Positions 9,754-19,104 of a stretch of 64,000 nt of DNA are shown in pieces. A program made the position numbers and the translations under genes. The DNA comes from Candidatus Lightella neohaematopini. Lineage in GTDB: Bacteria > Pseudomonadota > Gammaproteobacteria > Enterobacterales > Enterobacteriaceae. Within the stretch, counting starts at the first letter, position 1; each line of letters opens with the position of its first letter. Below the pieces are notes generated by a model. It made no database searches and was not told where the DNA came from. It was given only the letters and a program-made list of their open reading frames with translations. The stretch is from contig JAOBJO010000002.1 of NCBI GenBank assembly GCA_025728535.1, positions 31,635 through 95,634 of the forward strand. The letters run 5' to 3'.

Positions 9754-11127
9754 ATGAATATAATATTTTCATTACTTAAAGTATTTGTACTTATTATTAT
9801 TTTATTTAATAACATTAATATTTATGCATCGTTTCCATTAACATATATAAATAATTCTAACAATGTTCCTAGTTTATCTTCTATGATTAATAAAGTATTA
9901 CCAGCAGTAGTGAATATGCATATAGAAGGCACACAAATTGTTAGACAGTCAATTTTACCTAAAGAATTTAGGTATTTTTTTGGTCCTAATATACCAAACA
10001 ATAATAGTATCCGTCAATTTGAAGGATTAGGTTCTGGTGTAATTATAGATGCTAATAATGGTTATATTATTACTAATAATCATGTAATACATAACGCAGA
10101 CAAAATTAAAATTCAATTACACGATGGAAGAGAATTTTATGCTAAATTAGTTGGATGTGATGACAAAACTGATTTAGCATTATTAAAAATATCTAATCCA
10201 AGTAATTTAATAGAAATTAAAATAGCTGATTCTGATAATTTAAAAGTTGGTGACTTTGTTATTGCAATTGGTAATCCTTTTGGTTTAGGACAAACCGTAA
10301 CATCAGGAATTGTATCTGCTCTTAGCAGAAGTGGATTAAATTTAGAAGGATTAGAAAATTTTATACAGACTGATGCTTCAATAAATAGAGGAAATTCTGG
10401 TGGTGCTTTAATTAATTTAAATGGTGAATTAGTTGGTATTAATACAGCAATTTTAGCTCCCAATGGAGGTAATATAGGTATTGGATTTGCTATTCCTAGT
10501 AATATAGTAAAAAGTTTAAGTGAACAATTAATTAAGTATGGTGAAATTAGACGGGGTCAATTAGGAATTAAGGGTACAGAATTAACAGCTGATATTGCAA
10601 ATGCTTTACAAATTAATGCTCAACATGGTGCTTTTGTTAGTGAAGTTATGGTGAATTCAGCAGCTTATAAAGCTGGTATTAAGGCAGGGGATATAATTAT
10701 TTCAATTAATGGTAGAAAAATTAAAAGTTTTGCTGAATTAAGAGTAAAAATTAGTATTACTAATCCCGGAGATACTATTACTATTGGCATATTAAGAGAT
10801 AATAAAATCAGTAATATTTCCGTTACATTAGAAGATAGTAATATTAAATATATTAATGATAGTACGGAAGAAATTATTAGTATACCTATTTTACAAGGAG
10901 CTTTATTAAGTAATAATTATAAAGTAAAAGGGGTATTGGTTAATAGTGTTGTTAAAAATTCTCCAGCATTTAGTATTGGTTTACAACAGAATGATATAAT
11001 AGTTGGTGTTAATAAAGAAGATGTTAGTAATATTACACAACTAAAGAAAATTCTAAATAAAAAACTAAATATTATAGTATTCCATATCATTAGGGGAAAA
11101 ACTAATATGTTTTTATTAGTTAACTAA
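9754..11127 (+). CDS. degQ: Periplasmic serine endoprotease, DegQ type (trypsin-like domain plus two PDZ domains, no DegP Q-linker)
   Basis: 457-aa ORF with a signal-like N-terminus. FEGLGSGVII..TNNHV, DLALLKI and GNSGGALINLNGELVGINTAILAP form the catalytic triad context, and the match to E. coli DegQ is almost colinear. The position next to rplM-rpsI matches the E. coli degQ neighbourhood. Confidence 0.92.
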   Translation: MNIIFSLLKVFVLIIILFNNINIYASFPLTYINNSNNVPSLSSMINKVLPAVVNMHIEGTQIVRQSILPKEFRYFFGPNIPNNNSIRQFEGLGSGVIIDANNGYIITNNHVIHNADKIKIQLHDGREFYAKLVGCDDKTDLALLKISNPSNLIEIKIADSDNLKVGDFVIAIGNPFGLGQTVTSGIVSALSRSGLNLEGLENFIQTDASINRGNSGGALINLNGELVGINTAILAPNGGNIGIGFAIPSNIVKSLSEQLIKYGEIRRGQLGIKGTELTADIANALQINAQHGAFVSEVMVNSAAYKAGIKAGDIIISINGRKIKSFAELRVKISITNPGDTITIGILRDNKISNISVTLEDSNIKYINDSTEEIISIPILQGALLSNNYKVKGVLVNSVVKNSPAFSIGLQQNDIIVGVNKEDVSNITQLKKILNKKLNIIVFHIIRGKTNMFLLVN

Positions 11128-11133
11128 ATATAA

Positions 11134-12387
11134 TTAATTATCGACAGATTTAATATTTGCGCCAATTAGTTTTAACTTTTTTTCTATAGAATCATAACCT
11201 CTATGTACATAATGTATATTATGTACAGTGGTAACTCCTTGAGCAATACAACCAGCTAGTATTAAACTAATCGATGATCTTAAATCAGTAGCTACAACAT
11301 CTGTTCCAAATAATTTTTCAACTCCATAACAAAATACAGTGTTACCTATTATTTTTGCCTTTGCACCCATTTTAATTAATTCAATAATATGTTTAAAGCG
11401 ATTTTCAAATATTGTTTCAGTAATTTTACTAACACCATTAGCAACTAAATTTAGTAAACTAAATTGAGCTTGCATATCAGTAGGAAACCCTGGATATGGA
11501 GATGTTTTTATTATAACACCATTAGGTCTTTGTCCATGCATATTTAAACTTATCCAATTTTTTCCAGTTTTAATATCAGCTCCTGCTTCATTTAATTTAA
11601 TTAATACTTCATTTAATAAATTAGGATATGTTGAATAACAAGTAATATGTCCTCTGGAAATGGCAGCAGCTACTAAAAAAGTACCAGTTTCTATTCTATC
11701 TGGTAGTATTTTATATACACCACCATTAAGGTAGTTAACCCCACTTACTATAATCTTATTAGTACCTGCTCCATATATTTCTGCTCCTAAAGTAATTAAG
11801 AAATTAGCAGTATCAGTTATTTCTGGTTCTTTAGCTGCATTATCTATTACTGTAGTACCAATAGCTAATGTTGCAGCAATCATTATAGTTAATGTTGCTC
11901 CAACACTAATTTTTTTCATATTTATATAGACCCCTTTTAATTTTCCTGATACTGATGCTTTAATATATTTATCGTTTACAGTTATATTAGCTCCTAATTT
12001 TCTTAATCCAGATAAATGAAGATCTATAGGTCTTTTACCAATAACACATCCACCAGGTAATGGTATTGTACCGTAACCAAATCTAGCTAATAATGGACTC
12101 AGCATCCATATAGATGCTCTTATATTATTTGATAGATAATATGGACAACATATATTTATATTTTTTGGGTTAATATATATTGATTTGTTTTGTTTTATTT
12201 TTACGCCTAATCTATCTAATAATTTTATTGCTATATCAATATCTTTTAATTTAGGTAAGTTTTTTATTTCTACAATATTTTCCGTTAATAGTGTAGCAAA
12301 TAATATTGGTAAAGCAGAATTTTTTGCACCAGAAATATTTACTTTTCCACTTAATTTAGTTGGACCATAAATACATAGTTTACTCAT
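11134..12387 (-). CDS. murA: UDP-N-acetylglucosamine 1-carboxyvinyltransferase
   Basis: 417-aa ORF with [18 protein letters not shown] and [12 protein letters not shown] motifs. It lies in murA-ibaG synteny. Confidence 0.95.
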   Translation of the reverse strand: MSKLCIYGPTKLSGKVNISGAKNSALPILFATLLTENIVEIKNLPKLKDIDIAIKLLDRLGVKIKQNKSIYINPKNINICCPYYLSNNIRASIWMLSPLLARFGYGTIPLPGGCVIGKRPIDLHLSGLRKLGANITVNDKYIKASVSGKLKGVYINMKKISVGATLTIMIAATLAIGTTVIDNAAKEPEITDTANFLITLGAEIYGAGTNKIIVSGVNYLNGGVYKILPDRIETGTFLVAAAISRGHITCYSTYPNLLNEVLIKLNEAGADIKTGKNWISLNMHGQRPNGVIIKTSPYPGFPTDMQAQFSLLNLVANGVSKITETIFENRFKHIIELIKMGAKAKIIGNTVFCYGVEKLFGTDVVATDLRSSISLILAGCIAQGVTTVHNIHYVHRGYDSIEKKLKLIGANIKSVDN

Positions 12388-12408
12388 TAAAAAATTTTGA
12401 TATGTTAA

Positions 12409-12657
12409 TTATTTTTTATTATTATAATTTTTCCATTCTTCTGTAGTGTATGTTGTAATAGATACAGAATGAATAATTTTATTTTTTATATATTTAGCTA
12501 ATGGTTTATAAACTTCTTGTTGCCTTTCTAATATGCTCAAATTAATAAAACTGTCTTTTATAATCACAATAAATAAATGATTATCATGATTTTTAATATA
12601 ACACTTATTTGGAGATAAATAATCTAATAAATCTTGTTTTATTTTTTTTATATCCAT
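12409..12657 (-). CDS. ibaG: BolA-family protein IbaG (YrbA)
   Basis: 82-aa ORF. HLFIVIIKDSF..SILERQQEVYKPLAKYI..IHSVSITTYTTEEW resembles E. coli IbaG (HFQVIAVGELF..KKQQTVYGPLMEYI..IHAVSIKAYTPAEW). It sits immediately upstream of murA as in E. coli. Confidence 0.85.
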   Translation of the reverse strand: MDIKKIKQDLLDYLSPNKCYIKNHDNHLFIVIIKDSFINLSILERQQEVYKPLAKYIKNKIIHSVSITTYTTEEWKNYNNKK

Positions 12658-12866
12658 AACTAATTAATCAGGTTGTATTAATACATAAAATAATTCATAC
12701 TGGTGTTAGATTATACTATATTTGATATTGTAAATAAAATATTACTTAACTTAATAAATATACCAATTGATAATAGTTTATAATATTATTATCATAGTTA
12801 TGTATTTATTTCAGAATTATTAGAATTAAATTTTGTTAATTTTTACCATAAAGTATTGGAATTTGT

Positions 12867-13838
12867 ATGTCTCTTAACAAAATATCAATATTTGATGATT
12901 TTATATCTACTGGTAAATCTATTTTAAAAAAGGAAATAGATTACTTAAAAAAATTATATAAATGCATCGATGTTAATTTCCATAATGCATGTAAGTTAAT
13001 ATTATACTGTACAGGAAAAGTAATTACAATGGGTGTTGGTAAATCTGGACATATAGCTAAAAAAATAGCAGCTACTTTTTCTAGTACTGGTACTCCATCA
13101 TTTTTTATTCATCCTAGTGATGCTGGTCATGGTGATTTAGGTATGATATCTAGTAATGATATTATTGTAATATTATCTAATTCTGGAGAATCTAGAGAAT
13201 TATTAGTTTTAATTCCAACATTAAAATATCTAAAAGTTAATATTATTAGCATAACAAGAAGTATTGGTAGTACAATTAGTAAAATATCCCAAGTTAATAT
13301 TTGCACTAATATTATGCAAGAAGTTTGCATGTTTGGACTAGCACCAACTACTAGTGCTGTTGCTATGTTAATAATCGGAGATACTTTAGCAATTACTTTG
13401 TCTAAAGTAAAAAATTTTACTTTAAGTAAGTTTATTTTATCACATCCAGAAGGTACAATAAAAAATACTAATTTAATTAAGGTTAGTGATGTTATGCGTA
13501 ATGTTAAAGATGTACCTATTGTTTATCATGATACTTCATTATATGAAGTAATGAAAAAAATAAATAATTATTTAGGTATAGTTATCATTTTTAATAAAAA
13601 TAATAATGTTATTGGTATAGTAACAAATAAAGATATAAAAAATTTTCTATTTAAAAATAGTAATTTAAAACAAACGAATATTTCGTTAGTAATGAAGACT
13701 AATTTAATTAGTATTGAATCTAATCAACCACTGATTAATGCTATTAATTTAATTAAATTAAATAGAATAAAAAATTTAATTGTAATAGATAATTATAAAT
13801 TAATCGGTATAATTAACATATATGATATTTTTATATAA
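12867..13838 (+). CDS. kdsD: Arabinose-5-phosphate isomerase (SIS plus CBS domains)
   Basis: GKVITMGVGKSGHIAKKIAATFSSTGTPSFFIHPSDAGHGDLGMI..SNSGES..GLAPTTS matches E. coli KdsD. It is followed by kdsC. Confidence 0.93.
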   Translation: MSLNKISIFDDFISTGKSILKKEIDYLKKLYKCIDVNFHNACKLILYCTGKVITMGVGKSGHIAKKIAATFSSTGTPSFFIHPSDAGHGDLGMISSNDIIVILSNSGESRELLVLIPTLKYLKVNIISITRSIGSTISKISQVNICTNIMQEVCMFGLAPTTSAVAMLIIGDTLAITLSKVKNFTLSKFILSHPEGTIKNTNLIKVSDVMRNVKDVPIVYHDTSLYEVMKKINNYLGIVIIFNKNNNVIGIVTNKDIKNFLFKNSNLKQTNISLVMKTNLISIESNQPLINAINLIKLNRIKNLIVIDNYKLIGIINIYDIFI

Positions 13839-13847
13839 ATTAAACTA

Positions 13848-14393
13848 ATGAATGAGAAAAACATAAAAAATATTAATAATAATTTAATAACAAGAAAAAT
13901 ATTAAATCTTGTCAAGAATATTAAATTATTGGTTTGTGATATAGATGGTGTTATGACTAATAACATTATTTATGTTGATCATAATGGTGAAGAATTAAGA
14001 TCATTTAATGTTCGTGATAGCTATGGTATTTTTTGTTTAAAAAAATTTAATATAGAGGTTGCAGTAATTAGCGGTAGATATTCTAAAGTAGTAAATTACT
14101 ATTGTAATACTTTAAATATTAAGTATATATATCAAAATAAATTAGATAAAGTTCCAGTATTACATGAAATTTTAAATCAGTTAAATTTAACTGTTGATGA
14201 TACTGCTTATATCGGTGATGATTTAATAGATATTCCTGTTATGAAATTAGTAAAGTTTAGTGTAGCTGTATTTGATGCTCATCCAGCTCTATTTAAAATA
14301 GCTAACTATGTAACTAATTATGTGGGTGGTAATGGAGCAGTAAGAGAAGTATGTGATCTATTACTTATTGCGCAAAATAAATTAACTTATTAA
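13848..14393 (+). CDS. kdsC: KDO-8-phosphate phosphatase (HAD superfamily)
   Basis: 181-aa ORF with the HAD motif LLVCDIDGVMT and GDDLIDIPVM..AV. It lies in the order kdsD-kdsC-lptA. Confidence 0.9.
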   Translation: MNEKNIKNINNNLITRKILNLVKNIKLLVCDIDGVMTNNIIYVDHNGEELRSFNVRDSYGIFCLKKFNIEVAVISGRYSKVVNYYCNTLNIKYIYQNKLDKVPVLHEILNQLNLTVDDTAYIGDDLIDIPVMKLVKFSVAVFDAHPALFKIANYVTNYVGGNGAVREVCDLLLIAQNKLTY

Positions 14394-14487
14394 TTTAATA
14401 ATTAAAATACTGTTATATATTCAATAATTTTAATATTTTAATTATTACTATTAATAAAATATGTTAATATAGTTAGATAGATTAGTT

Positions 14488-14985
14488 ATGTTTTCTTTTT
14501 ATCAAAATTATCTAAAAATAATTAATTTTTTATTATATATATTATTAATTTTAACTACTAAATGTAGTATTTTAGCAAATATAATAAATAATATTTCAAT
14601 ATCATCAGATAATCAAATAATTAATTTATTTAATAATACTATTAAATTTAGTAATAATGTTAAAATTAAGTATTCTAATATAATAATTAATGCCAATAAA
14701 GTTATTGGTAATATTAATCATAATAATAATATTATTATTTATGGATATGGTAGCCCGCTAATACATATTAGAATATGTAATAATAATATTAATTTTTTAG
14801 GTGAATCTAATCAATTTTACTTTAACAAAAATAAAAATATTATTCTCTTAATAAATAATGTTAATATTTATTATAAAAATATTCATATTTATAGTAAATA
14901 TATAGTATATACAATTAATAAAAAACAAATACTACTATTTAATAGTAGTAAAAAGCAGGTACATATTCTAATTAAATATTTTTAG
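14488..14985 (+). CDS. lptA: Periplasmic LPS transport protein LptA (OstA-like fold)
   Basis: 165-aa ORF with an N-terminal hydrophobic signal. ISISSDNQIINLFNNTIKFSNNVKIKYSNIIINANKVIG..GYGSPLIHI aligns with E. coli LptA IHIESDQQSLDMQGNVVTFTGNVIVTQGTIKINADKVVV..GYGKPATFY. It sits directly upstream of lptB. Confidence 0.8.
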   Translation: MFSFYQNYLKIINFLLYILLILTTKCSILANIINNISISSDNQIINLFNNTIKFSNNVKIKYSNIIINANKVIGNINHNNNIIIYGYGSPLIHIRICNNNINFLGESNQFYFNKNKNIILLINNVNIYYKNIHIYSKYIVYTINKKQILLFNSSKKQVHILIKYF

Positions 14986-14986
14986 A

Positions 14987-15711
14987 ATGAGTTTTTTAAT
15001 TATAAAAAATCTTATTAAGAAATATAATAATAAATTAATAATTAATAATATTAATTTAAGCTTTAGTTCAAAAAAAATAATAGGTATACTAGGACCTAAT
15101 GGTTCTGGTAAAACTACTATATTTTATACAATTATTGGTATTATTAAAAATGATTATGGAGATATAATAATTGATAATATTAATATAACTAAATTTTCTA
15201 TACATAAAAGAGTATACTATGGTATTAATTTTTTACCTCAAAAAACTTCCATCTTTCGTAACTTAAGTGTTTTCGATAATATTATGATTGTATTAGAAAA
15301 TAAAAAGTTTTTGTCGTATAAAAAAAAAATGAATTAGTATTATCATTAATGAAAAAATTTAATATAGAACATTTAATTAATAGTATTGGATATACATTAT
15401 CTGGAGGTGAATGTAGGAAAGTAGAAATAGCTCGTGTTATAGCAACTAATCCAAAATTTATATTGTTCGATGAGCCATTTTTAGGTATAGATCCAGTATC
15501 AATATCAAAAATAAAAAGTATTATTAAACAATTAAATAATGATGGTTTAGGGGTAATAATTACTGATCATAATACTAAGGAAATCTTTAATTTATGTGAT
15601 GAATTGTATATCTTATATAAAGGTGAAGTTATAGCTCATGGTACACCTGAAGAAATTAGATCTAACAAGCAAGTAAAATTATTGTATTTAGGAAAAAATT
15701 TTATATGTTAA
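14987..15711 (+). pseudogene. lptB: LPS export ABC transporter ATPase LptB, interrupted by a frameshift inside an A10 run (15320-15329). It is either a pseudogene, a homopolymer sequencing error, or a gene rescued by slippage.
   Basis: Two adjacent ORFs, 14987-15337 (Walker A GPNGSGKTT) and 15349-15711 (LSGGECRKVEIAR, ILFDEPF, ITDHN), together align to the whole of E. coli LptB. A shift of one base in the A run joins ..LSYKKK to NELVLSLMKKFNIEHL.. (E. coli ..ANELMEEFHIEHL..). The joined product is 241 aa. Confidence 0.85.
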
Positions 15712-15790
15712 AAATAAAAAAATGTTAATTATTTTGTTTTTATAGTAATATATTTAATTTAATAATTTTATTAATTAGTATTGATATATT

Positions 15791-16447
15791 ATGTTAAATT
15801 ATAGTATAATATATATTATTTCTGCACCTAGTGGTACTGGGAAATCTAGCTTAATTAAATCATTTATTGGTAATAAATTCCTAAAAAATATAGTAATATC
15901 AACTTCATATACAACAAGAAAGAGAAGAATAGGAGAAAAACATGGAAAACATTATTTTTTTGTTTCGGTAAAAGAATTTAAAGAGATGATTAAGAAAAAA
16001 ATTTTTTTAGAATATGCTATTGTTTTTGGTAATTATTATGGTACCGCATATTCAAATATAGAAAATTTAACAAATAAAAATACTAGTATAATTTTAAATA
16101 TAGATTGGCAAGGAGCAAGACAAGTTAAAAGTAAATTATCAAATGTTTGTAGTATATTTATAATTCCACCGTCTATAGAAGAATTAAATAACAGATTATA
16201 TTTAAGAGGTCAAGACAGTACTTATATTATTAAAAATAGAATCAAACAGTTTTATAATGATATAAAGCATTATAAGGAATATAATTATTTAATAATAAAT
16301 GATAAATTTGATTTAACTCTAAAACAATTAAAAGCTATTATATTAGCTGAACAATTAAGAACTAAATATCAAAAAAATAATTATTTATTAGATCAGGAAT
16401 TTTATGGCAAGGATAACTGTACAGAAAGCAGTAGAAAAAGTAGGTAA
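15791..16447 (+). CDS. gmk: Guanylate kinase
   Basis: 218-aa ORF with P-loop SAPSGTGKSSL, then TTR..R.GE..G..Y.F. The 3' end overlaps rpoZ by 44 nt. Confidence 0.93.
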   Translation: MLNYSIIYIISAPSGTGKSSLIKSFIGNKFLKNIVISTSYTTRKRRIGEKHGKHYFFVSVKEFKEMIKKKIFLEYAIVFGNYYGTAYSNIENLTNKNTSIILNIDWQGARQVKSKLSNVCSIFIIPPSIEELNNRLYLRGQDSTYIIKNRIKQFYNDIKHYKEYNYLIINDKFDLTLKQLKAIILAEQLRTKYQKNNYLLDQEFYGKDNCTESSRKSR

Positions 16448-16601
16448 CGTATTTGATTTAATTTTAATTGCTGCAAGTAAAGCAAGAAATATACAAAACA
16501 ATGAGAGAATGTCTATACTAAATAACAAAATTAATGATAAATGTACAATCGCTGCTCTTAAAGATATTGAAAAAAATTATTCGATTTATGATTATAAATA
16601 A
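16404..16601 (+). CDS. rpoZ: RNA polymerase omega subunit (short, 65 aa)
   Basis: MARITVQKAVEKVGNVFDLILIAASKARNIQ matches E. coli RpoZ [31 protein letters not shown]. It follows gmk as in E. coli. Confidence 0.92.
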   Translation: MARITVQKAVEKVGNVFDLILIAASKARNIQNNERMSILNNKINDKCTIAALKDIEKNYSIYDYK

Positions 16602-16766
16602 TTATAATATTAAGATAGAATAATAATTTCATATTAACTAATGTTTATTAATTATCTAACTTAATTTTTAATTATTAATTATATTATATATAATATTTTG
16701 AATATATATTAATAAATAGTAAATTGTTAATATTTTAAAATTTAAATAATTATTATTTCATACTTT

Positions 16767-17705
16767 ATGTTTAGGTATAATAAATTAATTATATTAGGTT
16801 CTGGTCCTGCTGGATATACCGCTGCTATGTATACAGCTCGTGCTAATTTAAATCCACTTTTAATTACTGGTAATAATATTGGTGGACAATTAGTTAACAC
16901 TATTAGTATAGAAAATTGGCCTGGAGAATATAGTATATCTGGTTATGACTTAATGGATAAATTATTCAAACAAATAAAACAATATAAAATAAGTATTATT
17001 AATGATAGTATTGTGAACACTAATTTTAAAACTAATCCTTTTATTTTGTATAGTAACAATTGTATATATAAATGTGATTTATTAATTATTGCTACTGGAA
17101 CTTATCCTCGTCGTTTGGGTTTACCGTCAGAAAAAATTTATGAAAACAAAGGAATATCTACCTGCGCATTATGTGATGGTAGTTTTTACAAAAATAAGAT
17201 AGTAGCTATTGTTGGTGGTGGTAATACTGCATTAGAAGAAGCTTTATATTTATCAAATATTGTAAAAAAAATATATATTATACATAGAAAAGATAAATTT
17301 AGCGCTGAACCTATAATAGTAGATAAAATTAATTTTTTGGTTAAAAATAGCAAGATTATATTGTATAAGAATAGCATCATTCAAGAAATATTAGGTAATT
17401 ATCATATTTTAACTAGTATTAATATTAAAAATTTAATAAATCAAAATGTCAAAAATATTAATATTGATGGTTTGTTTTTAGCAATAGGTCATATTGCAAA
17501 TACTGATATGTTTAATAAACAGTTAGTATTAAAAAATAATTATATATATACAAATATTAATAAAAATTATAAAACTTCTACTTCTATACCTGGTATTTTT
17601 GCAGCTGGTGATATAGTTTATGGTAATTATAAACAAGCTATAGTAGCTGCTGGTAGTGGTTGTATAGCTGCATTAGATGTTATAGATTACTTAAATAATT
17701 ATTAA
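16767..17705 (+). CDS. trxB: Thioredoxin reductase
   Basis: 312-aa ORF with the FAD motif [12 protein letters not shown], a redox CxxC (STCALCDG), the NADPH motif [14 protein letters not shown], and C-terminal GIFAAGD. Confidence 0.93.
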   Translation: MFRYNKLIILGSGPAGYTAAMYTARANLNPLLITGNNIGGQLVNTISIENWPGEYSISGYDLMDKLFKQIKQYKISIINDSIVNTNFKTNPFILYSNNCIYKCDLLIIATGTYPRRLGLPSEKIYENKGISTCALCDGSFYKNKIVAIVGGGNTALEEALYLSNIVKKIYIIHRKDKFSAEPIIVDKINFLVKNSKIILYKNSIIQEILGNYHILTSINIKNLINQNVKNINIDGLFLAIGHIANTDMFNKQLVLKNNYIYTNINKNYKTSTSIPGIFAAGDIVYGNYKQAIVAAGSGCIAALDVIDYLNNY

Positions 17706-17713
17706 AAATATTT

Positions 17714-17932
17714 ATGAATAAGAAAAATAATATTGAAATGTGGGGGATTGTATTAGATACATTACCTAACACTATGTTTAGAGTTAAATTAGATAATAAT
17801 CATATAGTTACTGCTCATATTTCTGGTAAAATGCGTAAAAATTATATTAGAATTCTTACTGGAGATAAAGTTATTGTTGAGTTAACTCCTTATGATATAA
17901 ATAAAGGCCGAATAATATTTCGTAATCGTTAA
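17714..17932 (+). CDS. infA: Translation initiation factor IF-1
   Basis: 72-aa [55 protein letters not shown] is near-identical in pattern to E. coli IF1. Confidence 0.96.
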   Translation: MNKKNNIEMWGIVLDTLPNTMFRVKLDNNHIVTAHISGKMRKNYIRILTGDKVIVELTPYDINKGRIIFRNR

Positions 17933-17943
17933 AAATATAAAAT

Positions 17944-18026
17944 TACCGAAGACCGGACTCGAACCGACAAGTCATTAAGACGGTTAATTTTGAGTTAACT
18001 GCGTTTACCAATTTCGCCACTTCGGT
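17944..18026 (-). tRNA. leuX: tRNA-Leu, anticodon CAA (leuX-like); CCA not encoded
   Basis: The reverse complement is ACCGAAGTGGCGAAATTGGTAAACGCAGTTAACTCAAAATTAACCGTCTTAATGACTTGTCGGTTCGAGTCCGGTCTTCGGTA. It has a 7-bp acceptor stem (ACCGAAG/CTTCGGT), anticodon loop CTCAAAA, a long variable arm, and a TTCGAGT T-loop. It is nearly colinear with E. coli tRNA-Leu(CAA). Confidence 0.9.
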
Positions 18027-18042
18027 TTATAGTAAGTACTCA

Positions 18043-19104
18043 TTATATTATATTTTTATTAATTTTTATACAGTATATTAATACTATTAAATGTGTTAAT
18101 ATTATTAATGGTAGTGTTTTATGCGCAATAAAACTTATATATAATGTAAATTGATGTATAATATAAAACAAGACATTTACTATTATACCATTTATTATGT
18201 TTTTTGTAGATGATATATTTATTTTACGAAAACTTAATGAAGTTATAATAAGTATAATAATAGTAATATTGATTGGTAATAATAATTTATTCCACATATA
18301 TAATTGATAATAATAATAATCTATATTATTTTTTTTAAAATAATTAATTTGATGATATAATTGTTTAATAGATAATAATTCTGGAGCTACAGTAAGAATA
18401 TATAATTCATATGGTGTTAAATCAGTATGCCATATATAAGTTGACACATAATAATATAATACAGGTTTAGTTAATCTTAAATATCTTACTTGATATAATA
18501 CCCAGTAATTTTTAATAAACTTTGCCATTTTAGCATAATAAATAATGGATAACTTATTTTTTACAATACAAAATATATTTATATTATATATTTTATTGTT
18601 ATATATATTACCTATTAAGATTAATTTTTTATTATTTGTAATATAAATATTATAGTTAGTAATATTTTTTTTTGTATTAAAATTAAATAAAAGATAATTA
18701 AAAGATAGAATAACTTCTAAGATTATTAGAAAAAGTATTGATACAGTAATACTAGTTTTAACTAATAGTGTCACAAAATTATAATACTTTTTTTTTAATG
18801 TTAGAATTACTATAAATTCGTTCTTTATTTTTAAATAGATTATACTAAATAATACAGATAAAGAAATTATTATTGGTAAAAATAATTCTATATCTTTAAC
18901 AAGATTAAAGAAAATTATTAATATAATATAAGTAATAGAGTAATTATATAACTTATGTAATAATTCAATTAACTTATTAATACAAGACAAAAAACTTATA
19001 ATAAACGAAATTTGTATAGCATAAATAAAAATAATTCTTATAATATATAAATTTAGTATACCAAAAAGTAGTTTTATATATTTATTAATACTATTTAATA
19101 TCAT
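18043..19104 (-). CDS. lptG: LPS export ABC transporter permease LptG
   Basis: 353-aa polytopic membrane ORF. WHTDLTPYELYILTVAPELLSIKQLYHQINYFKKNNIDYYYYQLYMWNKLLLP aligns with E. coli LptG WKTNLTPDKLGVVALDPDALSISGLHNYVKYLKSSGQDAGRYQLNMWSKIFQP. There is an ATGA overlap with the lptF stop. Confidence 0.88.
   Translation of the reverse strand: MILNSINKYIKLLFGILNLYIIRIIFIYAIQISFIISFLSCINKLIELLHKLYNYSITYIILIIFFNLVKDIELFLPIIISLSVLFSIIYLKIKNEFIVILTLKKKYYNFVTLLVKTSITVSILFLIILEVILSFNYLLFNFNTKKNITNYNIYITNNKKLILIGNIYNNKIYNINIFCIVKNKLSIIYYAKMAKFIKNYWVLYQVRYLRLTKPVLYYYVSTYIWHTDLTPYELYILTVAPELLSIKQLYHQINYFKKNNIDYYYYQLYMWNKLLLPINITIIILIITSLSFRKINISSTKNIINGIIVNVLFYIIHQFTLYISFIAHKTLPLIILTHLIVLIYCIKINKNII

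Noticed and set aside
9633-9815. 60-aa minus-strand ORF in the rplM-degQ divergent spacer
   Set aside because: It overlaps the degQ start, has a low-complexity translation, and has no Shine-Dalgarno. The other short antisense ORFs in the track were rejected for the same reason: each lies inside a strongly supported gene on the opposite strand. They are 12185-12370, 13127-13330, 17186-17380, 29017-29370, 29458-29664, 41448-41651, 45417-45617, 56733-56915, 57867-58049 and 59602-59811.
10137-10463. 108-aa minus-strand ORF inside degQ
   Set aside because: It is antisense to the most conserved part of the DegQ protease domain (the GNSGG region). It is open only because that stretch is relatively GC-rich, and it has no homology signal.
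19101-19104. Possible alternative genetic code (UGA reassignment), as in some tiny symbiont genomes
   Set aside because: TGA works as a real stop, for example at the lptF end in the ATGA overlap with lptG. Conserved Trp positions are encoded by TGG in cyoB, valS and uppS. The standard bacterial code fits every gene.
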